Source of the DNA: Lama guanicoe
Taxonomy: Eukaryota
Direction: 5' to 3'
Assembly (NCBI GenBank): GCA_013239625.1
Contig: MU053758.1
Coordinates: 310,001-374,000 of the forward strand
Length of the DNA: 64,000 nucleotides
In this document: positions 1-12,602 of the stretch, piece by piece
Layout of the letters: each line of letters opens with the position of its first letter
Numbering within the stretch: position 1 is the first letter of the stretch
The notes under the pieces: generated by a model
What the model saw: only the letters and a program-made list of their open reading frames with translations
Database searches by the model: none
What the model was told of the DNA's origin: nothing
Program-made: the position numbers and the translations under genes

Positions 1-344
1 ATGGTTTCATTTATGTAAGTTCAAAAATATGCAAAACTGAACAACATATTGTTCAGGGCTGCATCCCAAAGAGGTTAAACTTTAAAGAAAAGAGTGATAA
101 GCAAACTTCCAGAATGTGGTTAATTCTGGGAAGCAGCACAAAGGTGATGGTAGAGGGTCTCACAGGGTACTTCAAAGATGCTGGGAATGGATGTTCCAGT
201 TCCCATCTGAGTGGCAGCTACCCAAGTGGTTGTTTTGCTATTCTTGATACTGTACATGTACAGTTTCTATTATCTTCATTAAGAATAAATATTTCATAAT
301 AAACAGTAGTTGAAATAATAACATCTGGAAAATTGTTAATGATA

Positions 345-830
345 ACTTTTTTCTTCCAGTTTTATTGGGATATAATTGACATACACCACTGCATAAGTTT
401 AAGGTGTACAGCATAATGATTTGACTTACATACACCCTGAAATGATGACCACAGTAAATTTAGTGAACATCCATCATCTCGTATAGATACAGAATTAAAG
501 AAATAGAAAAAAATGGTTTTTGCTTGTGATGAGAACTCTTAGGCTTTACTCTCTTAACATGCATATGTAACATACAAAAATGTTAGTTACACTGATCATC
601 TTGTACATTACAGCTCTAGTACTTACTTATCTTGTAACTAGAAGTTTGTACCTTTTGACCACCTTCATCCAATTCTCCCTCCCCTTACCCCCCATGTCTA
701 GTAACCACAGTCTGATCTCTTTCTCTTTGAGTTTGTTTAAGGTATAATTGACCTACAACACTATGTTTTTCCCTGGTGCAGAACATAGTGATGTGATATT
801 TCTGTACATTACACATTGATCACCACTCCA
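345..830 (-). mobile_element. L1 3'-end fragment (L1MA9-like)
   Basis: T-rich tail followed by typical reverse L1 3'UTR motifs (ttattgggatataattgacatac...aagtttaaggtgtacagcataatgatttgac). Confidence 0.75.
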
Positions 831-2464
831 CTAACAATAACTTTGGTTTTGAGAATATTAGTAGATTTCACTCTGTTTTTCTCTCTTTCTCTCTCCCCAC
901 CTCATCTGTTTCTCTCTCTCTCTCAACTCTGCTATATTTTTCAAGATTTCTAGACTGTCTATTACATTTTTATAACAAACTTCTTTAAAAAGGCAAAATA
1001 GATATTCAAATTAATCATCCCAAAATACCTTTATAAGCCAAATAAGGAATAGCTTTGGATCATCTGCTGTTCCAAGATTTGATGTGCCCAGAAGTTCTTT
1101 TTCCATTAGCAACCGGGGTTGAGGGTTAACTGCAACTCACCCTGATCAATCACGGATGTGGCTTGACTTTAGCTAAAGGTCTGATTAATTATACATGTTT
1201 TCATAATAAACTGAGGCAGTATGTGCTGAAATTTAGGACTGGCTCGTGAACAACAGGAAGCAAGCACCCAGAGTCACACCTGCCCAGTCTGTCCTGGATC
1301 TTGCAGACATACTGCTCCTTTCAACATCCAGGCTTGAGTCCTATTCGTTTTCATTTGCATTCACTGGAAACCTCTAAGGGTGAAGCTTATTTCTTCCTTG
1401 TTAGTCTGGGAGTTTCTTGCTGTGGAATCATTTCCTTCAATACATTGGAAACCACAGGGCAGGATCCATGTTGCTTCCTTTCTCTAAGTGGGTGGTTTCA
1501 TTATTTTTACCACCTAAGATCTCCTTTGTTATTTCTCCATGAACCCAATGTTTTGACAAATGTTGCCTATCAAAAAATTTCATTGATCAAGTAGTAACAA
1601 ACATTGAGTGGCTAAGTAGACTTTCTACACAAGTGGCAAGAGGTTGTACTATTTCCACCCAAAGCAAAGGGACTTGGCATTGGAATTTACTCAAGCAGCA
1701 TTGTCTGGAAAAATGTCTGACTTGTGTTTGATGTCCTCCCTGGCTGAAAATAGCTCGTGGATAACACTTTATACCTTCCTTCCTTCTTTCTAAAAGCCCG
1801 GGGTCTGAGGACCCTAGAGTTTGAGAAACATTAGTCAAGACAAGCTTTCCCACTTCCAGCACTTTGCCTGGGAGGAGAGCAGAAGAAAGAAAAGTTGCAG
1901 AGAGAACATGTTAAAATGTGGTAAACACCTGAGGTATCATTGTTTCTATTCTATAGGTCAACTGTGCCACAGATAGGTAGCAAGACCTGGAGGATAACCC
2001 AAGTGTGCCTGGACCCCAAGCACTTGCACTTGCCATTATACAAGTGGAGCATTTAAAAATCCCAATGCAACCCACACGTATATCATAATTTATTTTGTGC
2101 AAAGGCATAAAGACAACTCAATGGAGAAGGATAATCTTTCCAACAAATGGTGCTAGAATAATTGAACATCTATATGCAAAAGAGAAAATAAGCATCTTTC
2201 CACACCCCATCACATATATAAAAATTAGCTCATTATATACCTAAGTATCATCATTTAGGTCATGTAATTCACTGTAAAACCCAGAACTATAAGACTACTA
2301 AGAGAAAATCTTTGTGACCTTGGATTAGGCAAAGATACCTTAGCTATGACACCAAAAGCAAAATTCATAAAGAGCCAAACTGGTAAAGTGGACTTCATCA
2401 ACGTTTTTTTAAAATTTCTGCTCCTCAAAAGATTCTGTTAAGAGAATGAAAAGACAAGCCACAG

Positions 2465-2981
2465 TGGTGTTCATTTTGTAATGTATAGAAATATCGAATC
2501 ACTATGTTGTACACCAGGAACAACACAGTGTTGTAAGTCAATTATACATCAAACAAACAAACAAATTCATAGAAAAAGATCAGATTTGTGGTTACCAACC
2601 AGAGTCAGAGAGGGGTTGGGGTTAGATGAAGGTGGTCAAAAGGTACAAACTTCTAGTTGTAAGATAAATAAGAATCAGGGATGTAACATACCATACAAGA
2701 TGATTACTATAATTAACACTACTGTATGTTATATATGAAAGTTGTTGAAAGAGTAACTCCTGAGAGTTCTCATCATAAGGAAAAATATTTTTATCTTTTT
2801 CTTTAATTTTGTATCTATATGATGCAATAGATGTTCACTAAATTTACTGTGGTAATCATTTCATGGTGTAGTGTAAAATTATTATGCTGTACACCTTAAA
2901 CTTACACAGTGCTGTATGTCAATTATACCTCAATAAATCTGGAAGAAAAAAATAAAACTAAAAATGCAAAAACATTTAAAA
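2465..2981 (+). mobile_element. Nested L1 3'-end insertion
   Basis: Perfect 16-bp TSD aaaagacaagccacag at 2449-2464 and 2982-2997; AATAAA and A-rich tail. Confidence 0.85.
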
Positions 2982-3365
2982 AAAAGACAAGCCACAGACT
3001 GGGAGAAAAATTTTTGTAAATCATATATCTGATAAGGACTTGTATCCAAAATATGTAAAGAACTCTCAAAACTCAATAACAAGAAAACAAACAACCCTCT
3101 CCCTGAAAATGGTCAAAAGATTTGAGGAGACATTTTGCCAAAGAAGATATACAGATGGCAAATAAGCCCATGAAAAGATACTCAACATCATTAGCCATCA
3201 GAGAAATGCAAATTAAAATCACAAGGAGATACCACTACATACCTACTAGAATGGCTAAAACTTAAAAGACTGACCATATCCAGTTTTGGCAAAACTGTGG
3301 AGGAACTGGAACTTTTATACAGCTGGTGGGAATGTAAAATGTTACAATCACCTCAAAAACAGCTT

Positions 3366-3460
3366 GGGGGTGAAGGATATAGCTCAGTGGTAGAGTACTT
3401 CCTTGGCAAGCAAAAGGTCCTGAGTTCAATCCCCAATACCTCCATTTAAAAAAGAAAAAG
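3366..3460 (+). mobile_element. tRNA-derived SINE (Vic-1-like)
   Basis: A-box tagctcagtggtagag, B-box gagttcaatcc, A tail. Confidence 0.85.
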
Positions 3461-4957
3461 TTTGGCAGATTCTTAAAAAGTTAAATATACCCCAATACTA
3501 GGTATTTATCCAAGAAAAATAAAAGCATATGTTCATACAAAGACTTGTCCATGAATGTTCTTCACAGGTTTCTTTGCAATAGCCAAAAACTGGAAACAAC
3601 CTAAATGTTCACCAATAGAGAAATAGATAAACGAAACTAATATATCCATATGATGGAAGACTATTACTCAGCAGTAAAAAAGACCGGACACCATGCCACA
3701 ATATAATTGAATCTCAAAATAAGTATGCTGAAGAAAAGAAGCCAGACAAAAAGGAGTACACCGTGTGTGATTCCATTCATATAAAATTCTGGAATATGCA
3801 AACTAACCTATGGTGACCAAAAGCAGATCAGGAGTCGGGAGGGGAGTAAGTAGGGAGAGAGGAGCTCAAGGAAGGTTTTGGAGACAGAAGGTATGTTATT
3901 ACCTTACTTGTAGTGATGATTTCATGGGAGAAGGCATAAGTCAAAATATCAAATTTTATACTTTAAATGAAATATGTGCAGTCCATGTGTCATTTACACC
4001 TCAACAATGCTGTTTTTAAAAATCTCAACACTGAGGAGGGGGTGGTGAATTGGAAAAATGAACATTTTCCATCATCGTAGTGAAGATAAGTTCAAGCAAG
4101 AATCATCAGAGGTTGTTAAATAAATCTGAGGGTGGGAGAAGTCTGATGTGGAGGGGGATACTTACGTTACCTTAAAGTGTTTCTCTGTAGATTGCTTATT
4201 AGTTAAAAGGAGAAATGCAGTAACTATACAGATATACAGTGGGAAAATCTGACAAAAATTTGGGTGATCAAAATTCTCATCAGTTATGAGAAAGTAGACA
4301 TCTGATTCCTCCAGATGTGATACCTTGAAAAGAACACACTCATTTTTCTAGAGCTCTGGTCAGGATGCATAACCTGAATCTAACCTGGAAGAAACATCAG
4401 ACAAAACCAAATGGGTAAACACTCTGTAGCATCACTGGTCTATGCTGTTAAAAATGTCGGGATCATAAAATACAAAGAAAAGCTGAGTAACTGACTAAAG
4501 AAAAATAAAGAGACATAATCATTAAATGTAATACATGATCCTGGACCTGATCTAGTAATGGGGGAGAAATAACCAAAAGGCCATTATTGGGATAATTGAA
4601 ATAATCTTAATTTGAACTATATATGCTTTGTATCAATGTTAAATGTCTTGAATTTCATAATTGTGTTTATTGTGGTTCCATAAGTGAATATCCTTGTTTG
4701 CAGGAAATATTAAGTGGTAAGGAAGTATGATGTACTCTCAAATGTTTCAACAATAGATAATAGAGTGATAGAACAAAAGTGGCAGAATGTTGAAAGTTGG
4801 TAAATCTGTGGGTATATTGGAGTTCTCTGAATTATTTTTGCAACTTCATTGTAGGTTTTTAATTAGTCCAAAATGAAAGGTTTTAAAAATCTCCAGACTA
4901 ATGACAGCAGTCTTTGGAATGACACTGAGGCATTGGGATTTTGAAAAGCTTTTCAGA

Positions 4958-5072
4958 CAGGGTTGCCAAATTTAGCAAAAAGCAGTACAGGAATTTCAGT
5001 TAAATTTGGATTTCAGAGAAACAACAATTTAAAATCATTTTTTAGTATAAGTATATCCCAGGCAGTATTTGC
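4958..5072. mobile_element. hAT MITE fragment (MER53-like)
   Basis: cagggttgccaaatttagc terminus and cagttaaatttggatttcaga...tttttagtataagtat core. Confidence 0.65.
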
Positions 5073-5113
5073 TACCTACCCAGCAAGTACCATCTTGGAA
5101 TGCAATCCATTCT

Positions 5114-5271
5114 TTTTTTTTTTTTTTTGCAGTATAGTCAGTTTACAATGTTGTGTTCATTTCTGATGTACAGCACAATTCTTTACTTATACGTGAATAT
5201 ACATTTATTCATTTTCATATTCTTTTTCACCATAAGCTACTAAAAGATTTTGAATATATTTCCTTGTGCTG
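5114..5271 (-). mobile_element. Young 5'-truncated L1 3' end
   Basis: Clean poly-T tail; perfect 18-bp TSD tggaatgcaatccattct at 5096-5113 and 5272-5289. Confidence 0.85.
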
Positions 5272-5516
5272 TGGAATGCAATCCATTCTGGTATCTATAC
5301 TCTACTGGTCTTTGTGGAACGTCAGAGAAATTAACTTGCTTTATCTGTCTTCAGTATCTAAAGTTATCTGTTTCTACTCTTCCAGAGATGGGCACTGAGA
5401 CAAAAATAAATAGATATTAAATGGCCAGAGTTTATGATAATGAAAAGAAATATTTAATGACTCTAGCATCCTCTATAATAATGACAATGATGGTCCACAT
5501 TTTTTAGTGTTGATTA

Positions 5517-5992
5517 TGTATAGGGTAGCCAGCCTCTAAGGTGTCTCCCCCTTGATCAGATATTCACAGCTTTGTGTAGCTCCTCCCACATTGTACCAGA
5601 GTTGGCCTGTGTGACCAACAGCATACTGCTGAAGTGATGGTATGTCACTTCTGGACTGAGGTTTTAAAAGACAGTTAGGCTTTTCTCTTAGGTACATGCC
5701 CTCGCTCTGGGGGAAGAAGCCAGTTTCATGAAGAGGGCTACATGGTGAGGAGCTAAAGCCTTCAGCCTTCAGTCATGGGAGTGAGCTTGGTAGGTGATCT
5801 ACAGCCTCGGATGAGTCTGAGGCTGCAGCTCTGCTGACATCTGATTTCAACTTCACGAGAGACCTTGAGCCAGAACTACGCAGCTAAGCTACGCAGATTC
5901 CCAATCCTCAGAAATTGTGAGAAGTAAATGTACATTGTTTTAAGCTGCTAAAATTTGGAGTAACTTGTTACACAGCAAAAGATAACAAATGT
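5517..5992 (+). mobile_element. MaLR solo LTR (MLT1-type)
   Basis: Ends ...gttttaagctgctaaaatttggagtaacttgttacacagcaaaagataac, typical of MLT1 LTRs. Confidence 0.75.
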
Positions 5993-8900
5993 GTCAAGAT
6001 ACGATGTAATATACAGTATCATCTAAGTATACATGCTTCCCAAATCAATTCTTTGAAGCAGAAACTATTACTGTCCCCATTTTATAGGAAGGTACACTAA
6101 AGTGCAGAAAGGGCATGTTGCTTCACTTCCCCCTACCAGGAAGCATAGGTGGATCTGTCTCCAAAGCCCTCACCCCTACTCGGGAGTTTCACAGCCTTCC
6201 ATATGCTAGGTGCTGAACTTTATTGTTTCATTTTATTTAATTCTCTTGTCACAGAGTGAGATAGGGGAGATCATTCCAGAGAAAACCACTAGCCAACACT
6301 GGCAAAAAGCCCTCAAATTAACAAGACACTTGCTTCACACTTGGGCAGATTTTGTTTTCTTATCCCCAATTTAGAGATGAGCAAGCTAAGGCTCTGAGTG
6401 GAAAAGGGCTTTTCCCAAAGCCAGACAACCCCCACCTCTTTCCCCAAGCAGAGTGGAGGGCAGGTGGAGCTGGGGCTTGAGTCCTTCTACTCCTCTCTCC
6501 CCACCCTGCCAGGCGACTCCCTAATCTAACTAATGAGGGGCATGTTTTCTGAAGTTGCAGAAGGCCCTCCCCAACCCACAGCACGAATGTGTGTGTATTG
6601 TGTTTGGGCAGAGTGGGGAGGCTCACTGGGGTCTCTGGAAACTCCTTCATCCTTCATGCCCTCTTGCAAGGAAGAGGAAGGGAAAGCCTTCCCTTCTCAC
6701 ACCCCCCTTTTCCTTCCCCTGGGATGTGCTCCCACCTGGGAGAGAGAGGGGCTCAGGAATGCTGCCCTCTCTGGGAGGGCCAGACCTTTGACCTTTTATC
6801 TAATCGCACTGCTGGTTCTTTCCCTCCCTGGAAGTGACAGCCCTGTGACCACCCCCTCCCAATTCTGACTCTTCACGGCTGTTTTCTCTCCTCCCATACA
6901 TTAGGATGCAGCAGCTACAAAGGACTGAGCTCTTTTCTTAATACATGAAAGTAGACCAATCAAACAACAAACAAACAAACAAGACAACCTTTGAACACAG
7001 CAAGAAAGATTGGGGTTGGAACTAAGAGAGGAGTTCCAAACTGTCCCCTGTAGCAGATGGTCAAGAGAGGCTATAGGTAGTATACACTTTCTTTAAGATC
7101 CTTCTAGAAAGTTTCTGTCTTGACCTGAAGTGGTACTGGGGACTGGCGTGAGCAAAAATGCCTGGGACTGTGACTGTGTTTGTGATGTGAAGGGGGTGGG
7201 GTGGAAAGCTGGAGGTTGTCCTTCTAGGAATCAGAATAGACCAGATGACTCAGCAAAGTTTGTCAGGGTTCCAGTCACCTCTGGTCTCCTCTTCAGAAGA
7301 AGAACAAAATCTGCCACCTGGTGTCAGAGAGATCAGAGAGGGATGTCTGCTTTCTGAGTCAGCCAGTGAGCCTGAAGACCAAGCGAATGTCTGAAACAAA
7401 GTCCTCGGCAGGGAGGCTGCAGCCAGCCTTCTGAGTCACCTTGGCCTGGCTTCGATGCTGGGCCTGGAATGTCTGTGGTGGCCCCGTGGGCCTAAGGGGA
7501 GTGGTGAGTCACCACGTGAACTGGAAGAACCAGCAAGCCCCAAGAGCTCTTCTCCTGTTCCAGTTCTTATCCTGGGACCTCGATTCAGACACCAGGAGGG
7601 TCTGGGAAGCAGGACCCTGCGTTCTCATGCAACAGAACCACCATCACTCCCTCCCCAAGCTGATTCCCTGACTTCCCTGACTCCTCAGACAGCCACAACC
7701 GGACAAACTTCACCTTCTGGATCCTCAGCTTCCAACCCATCCCGGCTGTCCTCTCTGATCTCTCATGTCCTAGAAATTCTCTGCAGTGGACTAAGTTTCT
7801 GTTCCCCCCTGAGCCTCACCTCCCCGCCCTAACCCCTGCACCACACTGGACTCTGCACACCAGGACGCTTGCCATCATGGCATCACCAGACTGGTTGCAT
7901 TGCCAGTGGGTTTATTGAACTATTTTGATTAAGTCCAGCAGGGCTTTCCGATCCCCAAAACTTCCTAAGGCCATCTTTCCCATTCCCTGACTTCCCAACA
8001 TGCCCTGTGGGGGGCCTGTGGGCTTGCATGGGAGCTTGGCATCTTCTCTGATCTCCTTCCCTGGCCCTCCCCACATCTGTCCCTCCCCCAGGGCCCAGGC
8101 CACGTTCTCCCTAATCTGTCTGCTGCTGGCCATGAGAGCCAAAAATCAAAGGGAAACTGGGAGGAGGACTGGGGAGAGGACCCTACCAAGAGGGGGTGGG
8201 GTAGGGACCAAAAGTACAGCCAGTTTTCAGAGCAGCTCAACCCCAAACCAATCTCCACAGCACCAGGCAGGGGCTCAGGGCTGCCAGGACCCATCCCAGA
8301 ACCTTCCTTGTCTCTGGTTTGGCATGAAGACTTGGTGGTCCCAGGGAATGATGTCACCCTTTTTGGAGATGCTGTGCTTCCAGCAGGGAGGCCCAGGTTT
8401 CGACATAAACCCTTCTGAGTCCATTTACCAGACTGCTCAACTGGACGCAGGATCATAAGCAGTCCCCATATCCCCTTTGGAGGCCAAGTTGAAACTGATG
8501 TCTAATCTCTGCCCATTGATAGCTAGGAGATGGGATTTGGAGCGCTTGCCCAGAGAGAAGTTTTTCTCTCTGGTGAAAACTGGGCGGTGGGTGGGCGAGG
8601 TTTCTAGGAAGCCGAGGTGAGCAGCCCTCCCAGTCCAGTTACCTCTCATCCCACACAAGCACTTAATTTCATGCTGGAGCTGCTCCCAGGCTGGGGAATT
8701 CACCTGGAAAGGAAAGTGGCCTTTATTTAGACAGAGCAGGAGCGGGGCTGCTTATGGTTCAAAGTACCCAGGGCGAGTGGAGAAGGCAGAGCCTGGGCAG
8801 GAGGCCTCGGGGTCTGCCCAATGTGCGTCTGTGCTCTGCCCCTTCCAGCTCGAGAGCGCCTGTGGACAGAGCCAGGCACTAAGTGCTCAGAGAGGGGCAA

Positions 8901-9589
8901 AGGGCGCCCCTCAAGGAGTTGCCAATCTGAGTTCCCACCCCTGACCTGGTCCCCTTGGTCTGATGAGGCATAGCTCGGCCTCAGGGGCCCCACTCTGATG
9001 GCAGAGACAGGAGCACATACTTCTTTCTTATAGGTGAGCAGGGCATCTGAGGAGAGAGGCTTGGGTTCCAGAAATCTTTCCAGTTAAACTCGTGGCTGGC
9101 CCACCTTCCTCTGAGTCCCCAGATGTAAATGTGCCTCTTTCCCACACTCTGTCCTGCCCTGAAGCAGGACAAAAGCTTGAGTGGATGTTCTCAGTTCACC
9201 AGCTACCACCAGGAAAACGCTATCTTTCATGTTCTCTCAACCCTCCACCCTCCCACTCTCCCACCCTTTCCCCAGCCAGTTGGACCTACCCCTAGATATC
9301 GAGATGGGGACACTGCCACTTAGACAAAGCCGCGGGCCACGGTGGCCCCACTCTCTCTAACCAGGACATCTAACGATCCATAGAACCTAATGTCTATGGG
9401 AGTGCCCCCTCCCCAGCTAGCGCCACACTACCTCAGCCTCCCTCACCAAGGGCACACTTTCCAACCAAGGGTACCCTTTCCAACCGAGGGCACTTCTAAA
9501 GGAAGTAGGGGAATCCTGGGGTCTGTGCCCAGTAGGGAGGAGTGGGATGAAGAAAGAGCGCACTTAAGTTACCCTACCCAAAGGCCAGC

Positions 9590-9780
9590 CCCAGACTGGA
9601 GATACACAAATGTTAATCACCCATTAACACAGTTCAGGTGGAAAGGGCAACTTTATTACGTGTAAAACGGACTTAATGTGGCGGGAGCTGTGGGCTTAAT
9701 TTCTTGAGATAAGATGCTTTTAGGCTAATCAGGAGGTCTATGATGCCTGGATATAAAGGAGCTAGGGCAGACTTTCTTGA
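9590..9780 (+). promoter_or_regulatory. GIP: GIP proximal promoter
   Basis: TATAAA 9752-9757, AGATAA 9707-9712, several TAAT/ATTA homeodomain cores (gttaatc, ccattaac, cttaat, gctaatc) directly upstream of exon 1. Confidence 0.8.
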
Positions 9781-10703
9781 GACAGGCTCTGGAGGACCAG
9801 AAGGGAGAAGGAGGAGATCCCTGCCCTATCCTTCTTCTGGGAGAGCCAGGAAGGAAGCTTGGTAAGAGAGCAGCTGGGACAGGGGTGGATGTAGACGAGA
9901 CACTGGGTGGGGTTGGGGAGGGGCAGTCCTCGGCACCCCTGAGACGTTCAGAAGCCTTACATCTCCCATTCTTTTCCTCTATATAGGAAATAAAAGCGGA
10001 TCCTTGAAGGCCCAGGTGACTAAGGCAGGAAGACGAGGTCTTGCAGCCCACACAAATCTAGGTCTAGCTTTGGTTTTCAGGGCTTGGGAAGAAGGTTCCT
10101 TACTGCTCTTCAGCTCTGCAAAGACAGCCAGATGAAACGTGGCAAACCCTTGGGAGAAGGGTTGGACCTTCCCTGAGTCGAGATAGTCAAGGATGAGAAG
10201 GGGAGAGCAAGATGGGATCTTTGCAGTTTTCACTTGGGGCAGGAGGGCTGTGATGATTTAGGTGACAGCCGACTTGAAAGCTGGAAGGCTGGCCCGCTGT
10301 GAACTACAGAGGGCTCTGAGGGGAGAATCTTGCCAAACCACATGCCTGTGATGTCTAGCCTGGGAGCCGGCAAGGGGGGCTGTCCAGGCCCTTCACTGCT
10401 TTCTTCTGGCAGGAAAGCAACCCCAATGCCCTCCTCTCACCCTGCTCAGACGCCACTTAAGAAACAAAAAATAAAAAGCAGGTTCACTCTTGGCCAGGCT
10501 CCATGTCCTTCTAGTTACTAACTCTAATGGCCAATACCCCTTCCATCCCCAGTGTTGCTCCAGCCTCTTCGTAAAGCTCCAACCCCCAGCGCACAGTGCT
10601 CCCCAGCTTTCGGACCCCGCATAGGCTCTGGGTCACCAGCATGAAGTGCTTCTGCCCCATCCTGGTCCTCTTCTCTCTTCTTTCAGGAAACAACCCTTAG
10701 ACG

Positions 10704-10789
10704 ATGGTGGCCATGAAGATCGTCTCTCTGCTGCTGGTGTCCCTGCTCCTGGCAGTGGGGCTAGGAGAGAGGGAAGAGGGTTCCTCCAG
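10704..10789 (+). CDS. GIP: Gastric inhibitory polypeptide, coding exon 1 (signal peptide)
   Basis: MVAMKIVSLLLVSLLLAVGLGEREEGSS(R); acceptor tttcag ends 10686, donor GT at 10790. Confidence 0.95.
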
Positions 10790-11923
10790 GTAGGGGTGAG
10801 AAAAAAGGTGTCAGATGTAGGGAAGAGGGCTGGGGGGATGACCGGGTTCTTGTTTTCAAGGGGGAGGCAAGAAAGGGAGGAATCCCAGGCCAAGAGGAAA
10901 GAAGCTTAAGGGAAAAAACCTGCTAGCAGTCTGAGTGCAGATGAGGATAGAATCGGAGAGTATTTTTTATGAGCTACTGTTGCAGCAGGAGAGACTGTGG
11001 TTAGATCTCTGGAAGGACTGCTCAACAGATGACAGCATCTCCCTTCCTAATGAAAGCCTTAACCATTCATTTCTGTGTGCATCTGATCAAATTCTGTAAC
11101 TGGCTTCCCGTGGGCTGGGCCCAGGGGACAAGCACAGAGAGTCATCCAGAGATGCTGCCTGCCCTCATGGAGCATATAGGCCCAAGGGGAAAACAAAGAA
11201 CCACCCAGGCCAGCTTCCAACTGTCACGGCTCTGTCTGTGTTTTGGAGGACCAAGAGAGACTAGTTTGAGTAAAGAATTGGGCCTTCTCAGATGCAAGAA
11301 CAAGCCATATGCCCCTGTCAATTTGGCTACAGGAATCTGAGGCACAGCCATCAGACATGTACAAGGAGAGACACCATCACACAGAAGTTAAGGAACAGAG
11401 ACCTGGGCCCAGACTACCTGTGGGTAGACCCCCGGTCACATTATGCTGTGTGCTAAATGAATCTCTCTCCACCTTGGTTTCCTCATTCACCAAAAGGGGA
11501 TAGAAATAGTGTCTCCCTCCTAGTGGTGGTGTGCAGATTTAATGAGTTTATGCATTAAAGGGCTGCTAAAGGACGACGCGGAGTAAGTGCTGTTATGTAA
11601 GAGCGCACTAATGTTCGTATCCTGGGAACCCAAGGACTGAGTCGGGTCGGGCTGGGGCAAGAGAAGTAAAGGAGCCTTGATCCTTCTTTGCCCAGAAGCC
11701 AGAGCCTCACACACTGAGGATGCAGGAAGTGGGCCCTTGAGCTGAGGATACAGTCCGAGGAGCTTGATGCATGGACAAGAGGGTGTCTCCATAAAAACTG
11801 ACTCTCAAGAAATGAGCTGGTTCCTTTTCAAATGTCATCCTCCTGTCAGTGACAATCATTTATCCCCACACTCTCTGTTCCTACTGTCCTGGTTTCCTTC
11901 TCTCTCCCCTCCCTGCTCCTCAG

Positions 11924-12070
11924 ATTCCAAACTAAGGCCAGTGGCATCCAACCTCGAGGCCCCAGGTATGCCGAGGGGACTTTCATCAGTGACTACAGTA
12001 TCGCCATGGACAAGATCCGCCAACAAGACTTTGTGAACTGGCTGCTGGCGCAGAAGGGGAAGAAGGGCGA
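11924..12070 (+). CDS. GIP: GIP coding exon 2 (start of mature hormone, Tyr1 at 11967)
   Basis: FQTKASGIQPRGPR-YAEGTFISDYSIAMDKIRQQDFVNWLLAQKGKKG; ctcag acceptor, gtgagt donor. Confidence 0.98.
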
Positions 12071-12602
12071 GTGAGTCATGACACACGCCCCCTCCTGCTC
12101 CCCGGGCCCTAAGTGATGCACAACGCCAGGTGGCGCCTTTCACTTAGGTGACGATGGGAAGCCGGACAGCAGGGTGGCCCTGCCCAGACCCTGGATCAGG
12201 CAACAATCCAGTCTGGGGTTGGGAGTAGGGCAATTTCCCAATCCTTTTCTTCTAAGGGGAGGAGTCGGGGAAGACGTGTGGGGCTCACAGAGAATCCCTG
12301 GGGGCCTGGGGATGAGGGGAGGAGCTGACCTGCTGCCAATGGCATTTGGTGGTGGCCACTTCAGACTTTGGAAACAGTAAACTCCATGTTTTCCTTCTCT
12401 TTGCCAAGTCTCTTTCCCTGCTCTCGCTGTTTGGTCAGCAAGGTAGATTCTGAAAAGCTGCTGCTGATGAGCAGTGAGGAGGTTGAGTGGAGAAAGAGCT
12501 CTGCTCCTTGGATTGAGGTACCAAAAGACTGGAGCTTCTTTGGACTGGAGGACATCTGGAGTCTTCCGAGCCCCACCCGCTCCCTAATCTTTATTTTACC
12601 AG

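Larger units (their letters stand above)
2085..4020 (+). mobile_element. Old L1 ORF2 end/3'UTR with nested insertions
   Basis: L1 motifs such as caacaaatggtgctagaataattgaac, gaaatgcaaattaaaatcacaaggagataccactac and ctggaaacaacctaaatgttcacc. Confidence 0.85.
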
